A stretch of DNA of 63,663 nucleotides, filler included, from Actinomycetota bacterium (GTDB lineage Bacteria; Actinomycetota; Actinomycetes; JAKEEW01), in NCBI GenBank assembly GCA_046725875.1. It is 8 parts of 8 records of this genome, joined end to end, with 100 filler letters (N's around TTAATTAATTAA, not from the genome) between each part and the next. Parts side by side here need not be neighbours in the genome. Positions count along the whole stretch, not along the records: positions 7,203 to 15,930 come from JBKOZJ010000031.1; positions 16,031 to 23,678 come from JBKOZJ010000032.1; 6 more parts are not named here. One strand, written 5' to 3'. The position numbers were made by a program, and so were the translations under genes. Below the pieces are notes generated by a model, which saw nothing but the letters and a program-made list of their open reading frames with translations, searched no databases and had not been told where the DNA came from. This document shows, in pieces, positions 8,514 through 18,573 of this stretch; within the stretch, counting starts at the first letter, position 1; the number at the start of each line of letters is the position of its first letter.

Positions 8514-11353
8514 ATGGAGGCGCGCGTGGGCGGGGCGTTCGTGGGTCGCGTACGGGAGCTTGGGGAGCTGGAGCACGCGCTGACCGCGACCCGGTCGGGC
8601 AGGGGTACGGCCGTCCTGGTCGCCGGCGAGGCGGGCATCGGCAAGACGAGGCTCGCATCCGAGTTCGCCGCACGCGCCGGCGACGCGGGCTTCGAGGTTC
8701 TCCTGGGGCACTCGATCGACCTGGTCGGGACCGAACTGCCTTACCAGCCCTTCGTCGAGGCGCTGCGCCCGCTCGGACCGCCTCCACCGGTCGATGGCCG
8801 GCCGGTGGGCTCCCAGCTCGCGGTGTTTGAGGAGACGCTCGCACTGCTCACCGACCGTGCCGCCGCGGCGCCGGTGCTGCTCGTGCTCGAAGACCTGCAC
8901 TGGGCCGACGCGTCGACGCTCGACCTGGTCGTCTTCCTCGCGCACAACCTCGACCACCGGCGGGTCCTGCTGCTCGCCACCTACCGCGCCGACGAGCCCT
9001 CGTCGTCCCAGCGTGTACGCCGGCTCGCCGACGGCGTGATGCGTTCGGGCTCGGGGTTTGTGCTCGAGCTCGGCCCGCTCGAGCCGGGGGAGCTGATGGC
9101 GCTCCTCGCGGCCCAGGCCGACACGCCATTGTCGGCGGCGCTGAGTGACGCAATCGTGGCCCGCGCCGAGGGCAACCCCTTCTTCGCCGAAGAGGTCCTC
9201 GCCGCCGCGGCCGACCGAAACGTCGAGGTCCCGCGCGGCCTGCGTGACCTGTTGCTGCAGCGCGTGGCCCGGCTCGACCGTCAGACGCAGAGCCTGCTAC
9301 GGCTGGCCGCGGCCGCCGGGCGCGACGTTGGATACCGTCTGCTGCGCGCCACCGCGGCGCGCCCGGAGTCCGATGTGCGTGAGTCGCTGCGCCAGGCGGT
9401 CGAGCACGGGGTGCTCGTCGCGGAACCGGCCAGCGGCACCTTCCGCTTCCGCCACGCCCTGCTGGCGGAGGCGATCTACGCGACGAGCCTGCCCGGTGAG
9501 CGCGAGGAGCTGCATGCGCAGATCGCCGAGGAGCTCGCGCGCAACGCCACCGCGTCACCAGCGGAACTTGCGCCGCATTGGGCGGCAGCCGGTCGAGCCA
9601 GAGAGGCACTGGTCGCCTCGGTCGAAGCGGCACACCAGGCGGAAGCCGTCTTCGGCCTTGCGGAGGCGCTCGCGCACCTCGAACGGGTACTCGCGCTGTG
9701 GTACGCCGTGCCTGACGCAGCCGAGCTGGTACGGGTCGAGCTGGTCGATCTGTTGTTCTGGGCAGCCGAGCTCGCCAGCCAGACCGGCAAGGCGCCGCGG
9801 GCGGTCGAGCTGGCGCGAGGGGCGATCGAGCTGCAGGACGACCGGCACCGGGCGGCGCTTCTTTACGTCCGCCTTGGTGAGTACCTCCTCGAGATCGGCA
9901 GGAACCACGATGCACTCGCCGCGCTCCGGCGCGCGGTCGAGATCCTGCCGGAACAGCCGCCGTCGCCGGAGCGCGCGTACGCGTTGGGATCGCTCGCAGG
10001 CGGGGTGATGGTGGCCTGGCGCCATGCGGAGTCGTTGCCGACGGGCGAGCAGGCGCTCGCGCTCGCCCGGCAGGTCGGCGCACGTGAGGCAGAGGTCCGA
10101 GCGCTCACCGTGCTCGGCGGCGACCTCGCCTACCTCGGCCACGGCGAGGAGGGCCTCACCCATTTTCGTCAGGCCCTGCGGCTCGCCGAGGAGATCGACG
10201 ATCGCTGGGGCCTGGACCGCGCGTACACCAATCTCACCGACGCGCTGACCATGCTGGGCCGGCCCGTGGAGTCGGCGCGGCTAGCGCAGACGGGCCTCAA
10301 GGTGCTCCGCAGGTACGGCATTCACAGCACGCTGCTCATCGCCAACACCATCGAAGCGCAGTTCGTAATCGGCGAATGGGACGAAGCCGACACCCTCAGC
10401 GCGGCCGCCCTGCGCGGCAACACCGCCAACTACCCATACGTGCTCCTCATGCTCCGCGCCGACCTCGAGGTCGGCCGCGGCGACTTCGACGCCGCCAGAG
10501 CACACTTCGACGCCGCGCTCGCCACCCTGCGCGAGGACCGCAGACTGGGAATCTACGACGTCTCCCTCGCAGAGCTCGCTTTGTGGGAACGCCGCTGGAC
10601 CGACGCGACCAGGCGGTGGGGGACAGCCTGGTCCTGGCGCGCTCATCCGCGGCCGCCCAACTCCGCGTGTGGTTCTGCGCGAAGGGGCTGCGTGCTCAAG
10701 CGGAGCTGGCAGCGCTCGCCCGCGCCCGCCGCGACGCCGACGCCGTCCGTGCCCGGCTCGCCCGGGCACGCAGGATCATCGCGGTCGCTCGACACGCCGC
10801 AGCCCAGGCCTCAGCGATCACGCCGAACACCGGTGGCTGGCTCGCGCTTGCCGAGGCCGAGTATCAGCGCGCCCGGGGCGTCGTCCGGCCCGAGTCATGG
10901 TCGCAGGCAGCCGAGGCCTGGGAGCGGCTCGAGCGACCGCCCGTTGTGGCGTACTGTCGCTGGCGTCAGGCCGAGGCGTTCGTCGTCGCGGGTGCGTCCC
11001 GCGTCGAGGCGAGCGTGCCGCTACGAGAGGCCCATGCCGTCGCGGCTCGCATCGGAGCAGCGCCGCTGCGCCGCGAGCTCGAGCTGCTTGCCGAACGCGC
11101 GCGGCTCGATCTCGCCTCACCGCAAGCGGAGCCGCCCGACCAACAGCAGCGCCTGGAGGACATCCTCGGCCTCACGCCCCGCGAGACCGAGGTCCTCAGC
11201 CTCGCCGCCCGCGGCTACACCAACCGCGAGATCGCCACGACCCTCGTCATCAGCGTCAAGACGGCCGGCGTCCACGTCTCCCACATTCTGCGCAAGCTCG
11301 GCGTGCCGAACCGGCACGAGGCGGCCGCAATCCTGCACCGCATCTCCCCGTGA
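8514..11353 (+). pseudogene. Large ATP-binding LuxR-family regulator (LAL), 1-nt frameshift near 10607
   Basis: FVGRVREL, GEAGIGKTRL, LEDLHWAD, EGNPFF, FRHALL in the first frame; LuxR HTH LTPRETEVL..GYTNREIA..KTAGVHVSHILRKL in the second frame ending 11353. Confidence 0.85.
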
Positions 11354-11573
11354 GGTGGACCAACTCGATCCCAGTGAGCGGCCCGCGCGCTTCGCCGACC
11401 AGGCTCCCAAGAATCGACGACGATCCGCGAACACTGGCCGCCACACTGCGGCCAGGGCGGTCGGTGCCGGCGCGGATAGTCAGTAGAGCTCGGGTTGACG
11501 GCGGGGAGATACCGCTCATCGATACCAGTCAGCTCTTCTTGCGTGAACCGCTCTCACTTCTTGTGTTGCTGCC

Positions 11574-12277
11574 TCACCGCCCTGTCGGCAGAAAGATCAG
11601 CCGGTCAGCGATTCCATCGAGCAAGTACGGGGGCAGGTCGAGAGCGATGGAGAGCTCCGCCACGGACTGGACCGGACCGACCGTGGTCCGCGTGCTGACG
11701 ATGCGGGCGCAGATCTCCGGTGGCAACCCCGTCGCGGCCACCAACGCGTCGGCGGGGACGTTGTTGATATCCACGAGCCCTCCGTCGGGATAAGCGCGAT
11801 CGGGCATGTCCACCCGGCCGATCCGGAGGGCCAGCGCCCGGCTGGGGTTATCTTCGGCGATGCGCCGTGCTCGTTCGCGTGCGCGTTGGTGCTCGTTTTG
11901 AGTGGCGAGCGCGGCCTGTTGCTGGTCTGCGATGCTTCGATGGCCGGGCTCGGCATGAGCCGGCGGTGGCAGGTCGAACACCCAGCGCCGGATCGCCAGG
12001 GCATGGCTGCCACCGACCAGCCACTGGCCGGTGAGCGCGATACTGTACACGGCCTCGTAGATGGCCGTGTCATTCGGGTACGAGATTGAGAATGCGTGGC
12101 GGTGGCCACTAAGTAGAGGACGGCCACCGCGCCCAGCGCAAAGCTCCGTCTGCGGATCGCTGCAAAGATCATGCACGGCGCGGTGGCAAATCCGAGAGTG
12201 GCCAGAGGAAGCAGAGCCCAGACCCAACTTCCGGCGACCTGGCCGAGGTAGCCAGGGCGGCGCAGATGCCCGGTCAT
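11574..12277 (-). pseudogene. Membrane protein with C-terminal ComEA-like helix-hairpin-helix domain, frameshift near 12095
   Basis: TM N-terminus (WALLPLATLGFATAP..) in one frame; 'LRIGRVD..YPDGGLVDINNVPADAL..GLPPEICARIV' in another. Confidence 0.7.
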
Positions 12278-12299
12278 GACGCTGATCGTAGGCCGTCAC

Positions 12300-12650
12300 T
12301 CACGGGACGAGGCCGTCGTGGTTCGGGACCGACGGCGTGGAGATGAGGGACAGGTGCCCGGCATTGACGTCGGTGATATGGGCGCGCCCGCGCGCTGGGC
12401 CATGAACGTCAACTCCGCGGGCCGGGATGACCTGGTCCACCGTCCCGATCACGGCCCAGGACGGGATGGTCTTCCAGGCCGGCGGCCCGGACGGCTCGTC
12501 GAACGTGCTGGCCGCGAGCGGCCGTTGGGTGGCCGCGATGACCGCCGCCTGGCTGGCGGGCAGGCCGCTGGCAAAGCATGCGGGGACCAGGTTGGGCTTG
12601 ATGTAGAGGTCGACGTCACCGGGCGGCCCACCGGGGCAGGCCACGAGGCG
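12300..12650 (-). pseudogene. C-terminal fragment of an alpha/beta hydrolase
   Basis: AATQRPLA..PAWKTIPSWAVIGTVDQVIP..AHITDVNAGHLSLIS; N-terminus missing and internal frame disruption. Confidence 0.7.
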
Positions 12651-12951
12651 CATATAGCCGGTCGGAAATGGTGATGCCGGATCCGCCGGCGAGGGTCATG
12701 AGGTGGTGTCGGTCGACGAGCCGGCGCCGGCTCAAATCGCGTTCGGACACCTCGCTCGTCTGATACGGAAGAGGTCATATCAATGCGCCCGAGGGTGCAG
12801 CACTTCGAGCAGCAACAGTCTCTCCTTTGCCCAGCCGTTGGCGGTCGGTTCGGGGTTTGCCCAAGCGTGCATGGCGGTCAGGACATTGCCCTCCCGAAAT
12901 TCGGGACGAAGAGGCGGTGTGGCTTGGTCATAGGCGCCAGCCCAGCTCTGA

Positions 12952-13443
12952 TCAGCCGGATACGTCGGAGGTGTACCCCCTGGTCGGGTCCAGAACTACC
13001 ATGTTCGCCCGAAGCGCGATCGCAGCTACCATCTCCGCGGAAACGGGGCCGGTCCGGAGCGCCTCGTCCATTTCTTCAAAGTAAGTCTCCATCGCGCCGG
13101 GCACAAAGATCATCAACTTCCTGGCTTTCTTCGCGCCCACGGTGAAGCCGTGGGGAACACCCCGGGGGATAAAGATGAACGAGCCGGGGCCACACGAAAA
13201 CGCCTCGCGGTCTAGGACAACCTGGTATTCGCCCTCGAGGACGTAGAACGACTCGGCGGTATCGGTGTGAAAGTGAGGCGGCGGTGAGAAACCCGGCATG
13301 TCCTCTGTCTCAAACAGGGACAAGATGCCCTGCGTCTGTTGTGCGGACGCCTTTAAGGACATCTGCATATCGCCGAGGTCAAGCGACTTGCCCTCACCGG
13401 GCTGGGCAACGAAACCGCCTGAGCCGGGTCGCGATTCATCCAT
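12952..13443 (-). CDS. Cupin domain protein (quercetinase-like)
   Basis: PPPHFHTDTAESFYVLEG and FIPRGVPHGF cupin motifs; GAAGGGGA RBS. Confidence 0.85.
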   Translation of the reverse strand: MDESRPGSGGFVAQPGEGKSLDLGDMQMSLKASAQQTQGILSLFETEDMPGFSPPPHFHTDTAESFYVLEGEYQVVLDREAFSCGPGSFIFIPRGVPHGFTVGAKKARKLMIFVPGAMETYFEEMDEALRTGPVSAEMVAAIALRANMVVLDPTRGYTSDVSG

Positions 13444-13630
13444 GATGTTCCCCTTCGGCCACCGGCCAGGATCCTACGCCTGTCGAGGGGACTGGATTCT
13501 TGAGATGCCCCGCAGTGCCCTCCCGGGCTCGCCTCATCGTCTTTGAGTTCCTGGCCTGGTTGCGTGTCGGCGACCAGTTGCCGGTAGACCACGTCGGACA
13601 GTCGTCGTTTGAGTCCCCTAAGTCAGCTGT

Positions 13631-14336
13631 TCAGGCGATGAGTCGTTGCGTGTGTTGTTGCTGCATCGGGTCGTAGGGGGTTGCGTTTCGCCAGCAGGCC
13701 CAGATCACGCGTAGCCAGGCGCGGGCGAGGATGCGGGTGGCGTGGGGATTGCGTTTGCCGCGGGCTCGTGCTCTGGCGTAGTGGTCGGCGGCCCAGCCTG
13801 ATTGCATGCGCGAGTTGTGGGCGAAGGATGTCACCGCCTTGCGGGCGCGGGTGTTGGCCGCCCACCGGAAGTAGACGCCGGTGGTCTTGCCGGAGGCTTT
13901 GGTGACGGGCGCGGCGCCGGCTTCGGCTGCGGCCTGTTCGGCGGTGTCGACTCGGTCGAGGATGGGTCCGACCTCGGCGAGCAGTTGGGCCAGGTTGATA
14001 GTGCCAACGCCAGGTAATGCGGCGAGTAACCGTACCCGTGGATGGGCCTGGACGCGGTCGCGGATGAGCCGCTGGATGTTGCTGATGGCCTGCTGGAGGC
14101 CGCGCAGCAGCTGAACCTGGGCGGCGATCATCGCGGCGAGGGTGTCCGGCGGCAGGCTCTCGCTCGATGATCACCGGAAGGTCTGACGGCCGCCCGTGTC
14201 CGGCCAACCGCTGCAGGGCCGACAGCAATCCCTGCTCGGTGTGGCTGAACGCCCACCGATCCACCACGCTGCCGTCCGTGTCGAGCACGGTGACGTCGTG
14301 GGTGCGGCTTGCCCAGTCCCAGCCGACGAACTTCAT
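13631..14336 (-). pseudogene. IS110 recombinase of the nested element, internal deletion/frameshift near 14160
   Basis: MKFVGWDWA..VIIE (DEDD start) fused out of frame to LPGVG..AGAAPVTKASGK..ARARGK..RILARAWLRVIWACW (Tnp domain); GGGAGG RBS. Confidence 0.9.
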
Positions 14337-14344
14337 TGCTGGCC

Positions 14345-14560
14345 TCCCGTTGGAGTCGGTGGTTGACTCCGCGGTGTCGAGGCCCTCGCCGGTTCCTCAT
14401 TGTTCGGCCCTCGGTCGGGCATGTCCCTAACGCCGGTCGCGGGCCTCGGCGCATCGAGGGTGGCAGGACTCAAACTGGCCGGCAGCGCGGCGCGGCAGCG
14501 AGGCCATCCCCCGACACGACGAGGAGCCACGGCCAGGCGCCGAGCCCAGCCGCGGACCCG
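14345..14560 (-). ncRNA. Predicted IS110 bridge RNA (5' hairpin, target-binding loop, donor-binding loop)
   Basis: Guides: CGCTGCC 14500-14494, GTTTGAG 14475-14469, TTAGGGAC 14430-14423, CAATGAG 14402-14396; they match the reconstructed target and donor, each pair flanking a 4-bp inner hairpin. Ends approximate. Confidence 0.8.
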
Positions 14561-14957
14561 ATACTCCACCAATGAGGCAGCGCAGCGCCTCCATGGGGCT
14601 CTTCCCGGCGGCGAGTTTGCGGCAGTAATAAGCGCGGCCTTCGGTGTCGTGGCGGATCTGCACGATAGCGGCGATGTGCAGGACGTGGTTGATCCGGCGG
14701 TTTCCGCCCAGGACAGCCGGTGGCGGACGTTCTCACCCGAGGATGCCTCGATGGGTGCGGTGCCGGTCCAGGAGGCGAACCGGTTGCGGTCGGCGAACCG
14801 AGCGATGTCGCCGACGTCGGTGAGGATCCGGGCAGCGCCAGCCGGCACCCACGCTGGCCCGTTCGGTCTTGACTGGTTGCGTTCTGATGGGAAGCTGAGA
14901 GCGCTGACAGCCTAAGACCCCAAACCCCGGCCCTGGCCGTGTCGAGAGGTGGTCTCG

Positions 14958-15930
14958 ATGCCCGCCGTGACCCAGTACCTTCGTCGCCGCGGCCTGGCCC
15001 GGCTCACGCCCTACCTGATCGCCGTGATCCTGCCAGGCGCGGCGTTCGCCGCGGCCGATGGTGGGTCCCCCGCACCGGGCCCAGCGCCTCTGCGCGTCAA
15101 CCTGGCCATCGGTGCGGATGCGAGCGCGACCTCGGCGGCGGCCGACAGCCCGGCTGCCAACGCGGTGGACGGGAGCGCCACCACGACGTGGTGTGCCACC
15201 CAGTGGACCGGCAGCGTCACCATCGACTTCGGCGCGCAACGTGCACTTAGCGGCGCCGGCATCACGTTGGGAGCGACCGCCTCGCCATCGGCGGCATCAC
15301 TGGCGCTGGCGACGCGGCTCGACGCGTGGCAGCCGGTGCCCTCGGCACGCAATATCGCGTTGAACGTCAACACGCCGTCCTATATCGCGCTTTCCGCTCA
15401 GCGCGCCCGGTACGCACGGCCGACCGTAACGACCGGGGACGGCACGCCGGCCTGCGTCGGCGAGCTGCGGCTGTTCGGCGACGACGCGGCAACGGACGCG
15501 ATGATGCTCGGCGCCGACCTGTCCTTCACCCAGCAGGAACTGGCCGCGGGCACACAGTTCACCGATGCCGGTGAGACGTCCACGCCGGTGCAGATCCTGC
15601 GCGCCCATGGCGGCAACTACGTCCGGATGCGCCTGTGGCTGAACCCGCCGGCCGGCTACAGCGACCTCACAAATGACCTGGCGCTGGCCCGCGAGGTTGG
15701 GGCGGCCGGCATGAAGATCTACCTTGACATCCACTACTCGGACTTCTGGGCCGACCCGCAGCACCAGGACACGCCCGCCGCATGGCAGGGCCAGGACCTG
15801 CCCACGCTCGCGCGCACCGTCCAGGACTACACCCGCGAGGTGATTGCCGCCTTCGCCAAGCAGGGCACACCGGTGGACATGGTGTCGATCGGCAACGAGA
15901 TCCGCAACGGCATGCTCTGGCCCGTCGGCC
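14958..15930 (+). CDS. GH53 endo-beta-1,4-galactanase with N-terminal discoidin/F5-8-like domain (3' truncated)
   Basis: Signal peptide; NAVDGSATTTW..VTIDFG; YVRMRLWLNP, LDIHYSDFWADP, MVSIGNEI. Confidence 0.9.
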
Positions 15931-16030
15931 NNNNNNNNNNNNNNNNNNNNNNNNNNNNNNNNNNNNNNNNNNNNTTAATTAATTAANNNNNNNNNNNNNN
16001 NNNNNNNNNNNNNNNNNNNNNNNNNNNNNN

Positions 16031-16460
16031 CGTCGCCCGTCGGGCCGATGGTCGTCCCTGGCGGCCCGAGGCGGTCCTTGAGCTCGAGGACGATTCGCTG
16101 CGCGCCTTTCTTCCCGATGCCGGGCACGAGCGTGAGGGCACTCAGGTCCTCGGTCGCGACGGCGCGGCGCAGCGCCTCGGGCGAGTGAACCGCGAGCATC
16201 GCCTGAGCGAGTCGGGGCCCCACGCCGCTGGCGGTCTGTACGAGATCGAATACCGTCCGCTCGTCATCGTCGGCGAAGCCGTAGAGCGTCAGCGAGTCCT
16301 CCCGTACAACCAATGACGTGGCAAGGCGCGCCTGCTCCCCCACCCGCAGCCCGGCAAGCGTCGTCGGGGTGCACTGGACGGCGATGCCGACGCCACCGAC
16401 CTCGACCACTGCGCCGTCCGGTCCGACGGCGGCGACCCGCCCGGCAACGAACGCGATCAC
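16031..16460 (-). CDS. ruvA: Holliday junction branch migration protein RuvA (3' truncated)
   Basis: [55 protein letters not shown]. Confidence 0.97.
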
Positions 16461-17080
16461 TGACTTGTCCTCCCGGCATGCGCAGAACCCGCCGCCCACC
16501 CGGCGGCCATATCTCGCTGGTGCAACCTTCGCGCCGGTGCGGCCCGACCTGACCGAACCGCTCCGGCAGATGGCAAGCGAACCCGAGCCCCATCGATCCG
16601 ACGCTGGGCACTCCCGCGCCAGATGTGGCAGATCGCGAGCGCGAGCGCGTCGGCGGCGTCGGGGGGTTTCGGCGGCTCGGCGAGCCCGAGCAAGCGCACG
16701 ACCATGTTCTCCACTTGGCGCTTTGCGGCACTTCCGGTCCCGGTGACCGCGGCTTTGATCTCGCTCGGGGTGTGAGTGGCGACCGGGAGCCCGCGCCGGG
16801 CCGCGGAGACCATGACGACCGCCCCCGACTGGGCGGTGCCCATGACGGTGCGCACGTTTCGTTGGCTGAAGACCTCTTCGACCGCGACCGCATCCGGCTG
16901 GAGTCGGTCGAGCCAGCCCTCCACCTCCGCCTCGATCGCGAGCAGCCGGGCCGCCGCGTCGTCGCCAACCGACGTCCGCACGACGCCGACAGCCACGAGT
17001 CGAAGCGGTTTGCCGGGTGACCCGGCGACTGCACCGAAACCGCACCTGGTCAGCCCGGGATCAACGCCGAGCACCAACAC
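16457..17080 (-). CDS. ruvC: Crossover junction endodeoxyribonuclease RuvC
   Basis: [52 protein letters not shown]; overlaps the ruvA start. Confidence 0.97.
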   Translation of the reverse strand: MLVLGVDPGLTRCGFGAVAGSPGKPLRLVAVGVVRTSVGDDAAARLLAIEAEVEGWLDRLQPDAVAVEEVFSQRNVRTVMGTAQSGAVVMVSAARRGLPVATHTPSEIKAAVTGTGSAAKRQVENMVVRLLGLAEPPKPPDAADALALAICHIWRGSAQRRIDGARVRLPSAGAVRSGRAAPARRLHQRDMAAGWAAGSAHAGRTSQ

Positions 17081-17120
17081 CGGACCCACCACCTCCAGGA
17101 ACCTCGCCGGCGCAGCGACA

Positions 17121-17136
17121 CCGAACAGGTGTTCGG
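17121..17136. promoter_or_regulatory. LexA (SOS) box upstream of ruvC
   Basis: CCGAAC-AGGT-GTTCGG fits the actinobacterial CGAAC-N4-GTTCG consensus; a TAGTTT -10 lies at 17146-17141 on the - strand. Confidence 0.85.
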
Positions 17137-17327
17137 ATCGAAACTAGCGATCCCAGGCGACAGAACCGCTCGCGACGCGCCGAGGCTCGACGAACGGTCC
17201 GGGATCGGCCGCGACTGGACCATGCGAGACGGATTCGGCACACGCGCATTCGGTAGGCCATGCGAGCGGCGCATGGGTGCGATGAGAATGAGTCACTCGT
17301 CATAGCAGCCGGGCACGCATAGCGTTG

Positions 17328-18569
17328 GTGCCTGTGATCGCATTTCTTGGGCTTGGGCGGATGGGCGCCCGGATGGCCGAGCGTCTCGTCAATACCGGTC
17401 AGGAGGTGACCGTCTGGAACCGCACACCGCGACCGGATGCCGTGCTCGGTGCCCACGTGGCGGACTCCGCCGCTGCTGCCGTGGCGGAGGCAGACCTGGT
17501 AATCACAATGCTGGCCGATGCGGCCGCGGTCAGCGACGTACTGTTCGGCGCGCAGCGGGCGGCCGCGGCGATGCGGCCGGAAGCGCTCCTTATTGACATG
17601 TCGACCATCGGTCCACATGCGGTGGCGGACATCCGGCGGCGGCTGCCGGAAAACGTCGGCCTGGTCGACGCACCGGTGCTGGGCAGCATCGAGCCGGCCG
17701 CGGCCGGCAAGCTTCTGGTCCTCGCCGGGGGATCCGAAGCGGATCTGGCCCGGTGCCAGAAGGTGCTCGAGACGTTCGGGGAGGTGCGCCGGGCCGGCCA
17801 GCTCGGCGCCGGCGCGGCGCTCAAGGTGGCCGTGATGGGTGCGCTCGTACCCGTTCGCGTCCTGCTCGCCGAGGTGCTCGACGCCGCCGAGGCGAGCGGC
17901 GTCGGCCGGGATGCGGTCGCGCAGATTCTCGACTCCCGCGGATTCGGTGCGGTCGCCGGCAGGCCGGAACCGGCGCCACAACCGCGATACTCACTCGCCC
18001 ACGCGGCCAAGGACCTCGGGCTCGCCATCGATGCGGTAGGCAAGGATAGCGTCGACCTCACCATCGTCGCCGCCGCGCTCGATCGGCTCGATGAGGCGAA
18101 GCAAGCGGGCCTCGGCGATCGCGACCTCTCGGCCATTTATGCCTACGACATGGCGCACGGCCGGTCGACGGCCGCGGAGCGGCGGCTTGAGAGGCGGAAC
18201 CCGCCGTCTGTGCCGGCGCCGATCGGGGCATACTCCCACGCCGTCCGCACCGGCAACCTCCTCTTCGTATCCGGGCAGGTCGCCATTGACAACGACGGGC
18301 AGATCGTGGGCGCCGGCGACATCGAGGCGCAGACCGACTTCGTCTTCGACAGCCTGGAGCGGATCCTCGCCGACCAGGGCGCAACCTTCGACGATGTCGT
18401 CAGCCTCCGGACCTACCTTCTCGACATGGACTCCACACTGGCCGGCTATCGCGCAGTCCGGATCCGGCGCGTTACCGGTGACCCGCCGTCGAGCACCACC
18501 GTCGAGGTGACCCGCCTCGTACACCCCGACCTGCTCGTCGAGATCGACCTAGTGGCTGCACTCCGCTAA
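17328..18569 (+). CDS. Fusion: NAD(P)-dependent beta-hydroxyacid dehydrogenase-like domain plus Rid (YjgF/YER057c) domain
   Basis: GLGRMG, VWNRT, IDMST, VDAPVLG, GAALK, KDL; then YSHAV..LFVSGQ..ATFDDVV..LLVEID in one frame. Confidence 0.85.
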   Translation: MPVIAFLGLGRMGARMAERLVNTGQEVTVWNRTPRPDAVLGAHVADSAAAAVAEADLVITMLADAAAVSDVLFGAQRAAAAMRPEALLIDMSTIGPHAVADIRRRLPENVGLVDAPVLGSIEPAAAGKLLVLAGGSEADLARCQKVLETFGEVRRAGQLGAGAALKVAVMGALVPVRVLLAEVLDAAEASGVGRDAVAQILDSRGFGAVAGRPEPAPQPRYSLAHAAKDLGLAIDAVGKDSVDLTIVAAALDRLDEAKQAGLGDRDLSAIYAYDMAHGRSTAAERRLERRNPPSVPAPIGAYSHAVRTGNLLFVSGQVAIDNDGQIVGAGDIEAQTDFVFDSLERILADQGATFDDVVSLRTYLLDMDSTLAGYRAVRIRRVTGDPPSSTTVEVTRLVHPDLLVEIDLVAALR

Positions 18570-18573
18570 CGGC

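Larger units (their letters stand above)
13614..14576 (-). mobile_element. Nested IS110-family element, 963 bp, internally deleted, both ends intact, CTCA core
   Basis: TGAG (CTCA on the - strand) at 13610-13613 and 14573-14576; removing the element restores TGC CTC AAA CGA CGA (C-L-K-R-R). Confidence 0.9.
13492..14860 (-). pseudogene. Host IS110 transposase 3' remnant split by a second IS110 (pieces about 14860-14573 and 13613-13492)
   Basis: RILTDVGDIARF..FASWTGTAPIEASSG..GRAYYCRKLAAGKSPMEALRC and LKRRLSDVVYRQLVAD..GGHCGASQES join in frame once the insert is removed; separate frameshift near 14702. Confidence 0.9.

Noticed and set aside
10601..10616. Programmed frameshift in the LAL regulator
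   Set aside because: No slippery run; a single-base loss explains it.
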